Part shown: positions 4,655-5,459 of the stretch, one piece after another
Layout: each line of letters opens with the position of its first letter
Numbering within the stretch: the first letter of the stretch is position 1
Origin: a virus
IMG/VR virus record: IMGVR_UViG_3300045988_008911
Location: 1 to 5,459 of that record
Length of the DNA: 5,459 nt
Direction: 5' to 3' (one strand)
Notes under the pieces: generated by a model
Told to the model about the DNA's origin: nothing
What the model saw: only the letters and a program-made list of their open reading frames with translations
Databases searched by the model: none
Made by a program: the position numbers and the translations under genes

Positions 4655-4924
4655 TTAATTATTTTTTCCCAAAAAGCGGGAGTAGCTTTTTTCTTCCTGC
4701 GCTGCTGCTGCCGCGTGGCGAAAGCCGTTTACATCGTCAGTACCTCTTTTCTGCATATTAACCAAATCGTCCTGCATAGCAGCAGAAATAGCTTTAAGGC
4801 TTGCAGAGCCTTCGCGATCATAGGTACCATGACGAAACATATCAATAAAATCAACAACATCTTGGATAAACGGAATAACAGTTGATACGAGGAAAGTCAG
4901 GATAGCAGTAGTCTTGTTTGACAT
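4655..4924 (-). CDS. Hypothetical membrane-anchored protein, 89 aa (ORF89): N-terminal transmembrane segment plus a charged C-terminal domain
   Basis: GAGGTG (4937-4932) lies 7 nt before the ATG at 4924. After the N-terminal MSNK comes the hydrophobic stretch TTAILTFLVSTVIPFI, then an acidic/charged tail. The ORF fills the VP2-to-VP8 junction exactly. I recognise no family. Confidence 0.7.
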   Translation of the reverse strand: MSNKTTAILTFLVSTVIPFIQDVVDFIDMFRHGTYDREGSASLKAISAAMQDDLVNMQKRGTDDVNGFRHAAAAAQEEKSYSRFLGKNN

Positions 4925-4938
4925 AATTAATCACCTCA

Positions 4939-5459
4939 TTATTTAGAAAAATAATTAGCAATGCCGGAAAACAAACGATTAGCAGCACGGCCAAAAGTGT
5001 TCCATGGCAAGCCGTCATCAGAAAGACCAAGATTTTTATAGTCGGCATTACGAGAAGTTTTATAATCATAATCAGCTTTAGCGACATTAGATAACTGAGC
5101 ATTATAAGAGGCAGAACTATTAGCAGCATTACCCTGTGCATACATCATAGCAGCTTGAGCTGGCATAACAACATTCATCATATATTGTTGACTGAGCTTT
5201 TGAGCATCGATATATTCACCTTGCTTAACAGCATTAGCTAAATTTTGTTTTACCAAAGCCAAATTATCATTATAGGATTCAGCGGCTAATTTATTAGCAA
5301 CAGAAATGCCGTAAGTTTCAGCATCATATTTTTTAGCAGAGCTACCAGCCAAAATTGTTTGAGCGGCTAAATTTTTTATTTGTTCATCACTCATTTTTTC
5401 GGCAACCTGAGCTTGACGATTGGCAGCTTTAGCAGAATTACCAGCAGCAGTAGCAGACA
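4939..5459 (-). CDS. VP2: VP2 DNA pilot / minor capsid protein, C-terminal part. The frame is open to the right window edge, and 5405-5459 duplicates 1-55.
   Basis: Upstream of the track's ATG at 5394 the frame stays open to the window edge (..SATAAGNSAKAANRQAQVAEK-MSDEQIK..) and there is no SD before that ATG. The 151-aa call is therefore a linearisation artefact. The stop is TAA at 4941-4939. Confidence 0.85.
   Translation of the reverse strand, partial: SATAAGNSAKAANRQAQVAEKMSDEQIKNLAAQTILAGSSAKKYDAETYGISVANKLAAESYNDNLALVKQNLANAVKQGEYIDAQKLSQQYMMNVVMPAQAAMMYAQGNAANSSASYNAQLSNVAKADYDYKTSRNADYKNLGLSDDGLPWNTFGRAANRLFSGIANYFSK
5405..5459. repeat. Terminal direct repeat, copy 2 (circularisation overlap)
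   Basis: Exact copy of 1-55. A 55-nt overlap is what a de Bruijn assembler with k=55 leaves on a circular contig (inference). Confidence 0.96.

Larger units (their letters stand above)
1..5404 (-). other. One complete unit of a circular Microviridae (Gokushovirinae-like) ssDNA phage genome. All genes are on the - strand.
   Basis: The microvirus core set is present (VP1, VP2, VP3, VP4 and a small Arg-rich DNA-binding ORF), co-oriented and tightly packed. An exact 55-nt terminal overlap closes the circle at 5,404 nt, within the usual gokushovirus size range. Confidence 0.9.

Noticed and set aside
4851-5141. 96-aa very hydrophobic same-strand ORF in an alternative frame of VP2, superficially like the phiX E/K overlapping genes
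   Set aside because: There is no SD-like sequence upstream of its ATG (GCTCAAGCTGCTATGATGT ATG). It reads straight through the VP2 stop, the intergenic RBS and the 5' end of ORF89. Leu/Ile-rich off-frame ORFs are expected opposite Ala/Asn-rich coding sequence. It would deserve a second look only if conserved in relatives or seen by ribosome profiling.
4939-5394. 151-aa ORF in the track, presented as a stand-alone gene starting at the ATG at 5394
   Set aside because: The frame is open upstream to the window edge and continues through the circular junction into 1-335. There is no SD before this ATG. It is the C-terminal part of VP2 cut by linearisation.

Overview
The window is a complete, circularly permuted genome of a small ssDNA phage of the family Microviridae (Gokushovirinae-like). 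Bases 1-55 recur exactly at 5405-5459, so the unit genome is 5,404 nt and the window is a circular contig opened inside a gene. All credible genes are on the - strand, so the window is the reverse complement of the packaged coding-sense strand. Gene order in the direction of transcription is: VP4 (HUH rolling-circle initiator), an orphan Cys-rich 86-aa ORF, a VP5-like small protein, VP3 (internal scaffold), VP1 (major capsid), VP2 (pilot/minor capsid, wrapping the window junction), an orphan 89-aa ORF with an N-terminal transmembrane segment, a 37-aa Arg-rich J/VP8-like DNA-binding ORF missing from the ORF track, then VP4 again. There are five observations worth following up. (1) A perfect 19-bp hairpin in the VP3-VP1 gap has a viral-strand loop resembling the phiX174 origin nick sequence, making it a candidate (+) origin. 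(2) A textbook-perfect TTGACA-17-TGnTATAAT promoter is preceded by helically phased GTTG/A5 decamers. (3) VP2 has no canonical in-frame start; the well-spaced AAGGAG-ATG at its 5' end is in another frame and opens a 31-aa very hydrophobic ORF. (4) Two non-core ORFs are inserted at otherwise conserved gene junctions. (5) A second structured intergenic region carries a GC-rich hairpin and direct repeats. I saw no tRNA, rRNA, CRISPR array, transposase or integrase.
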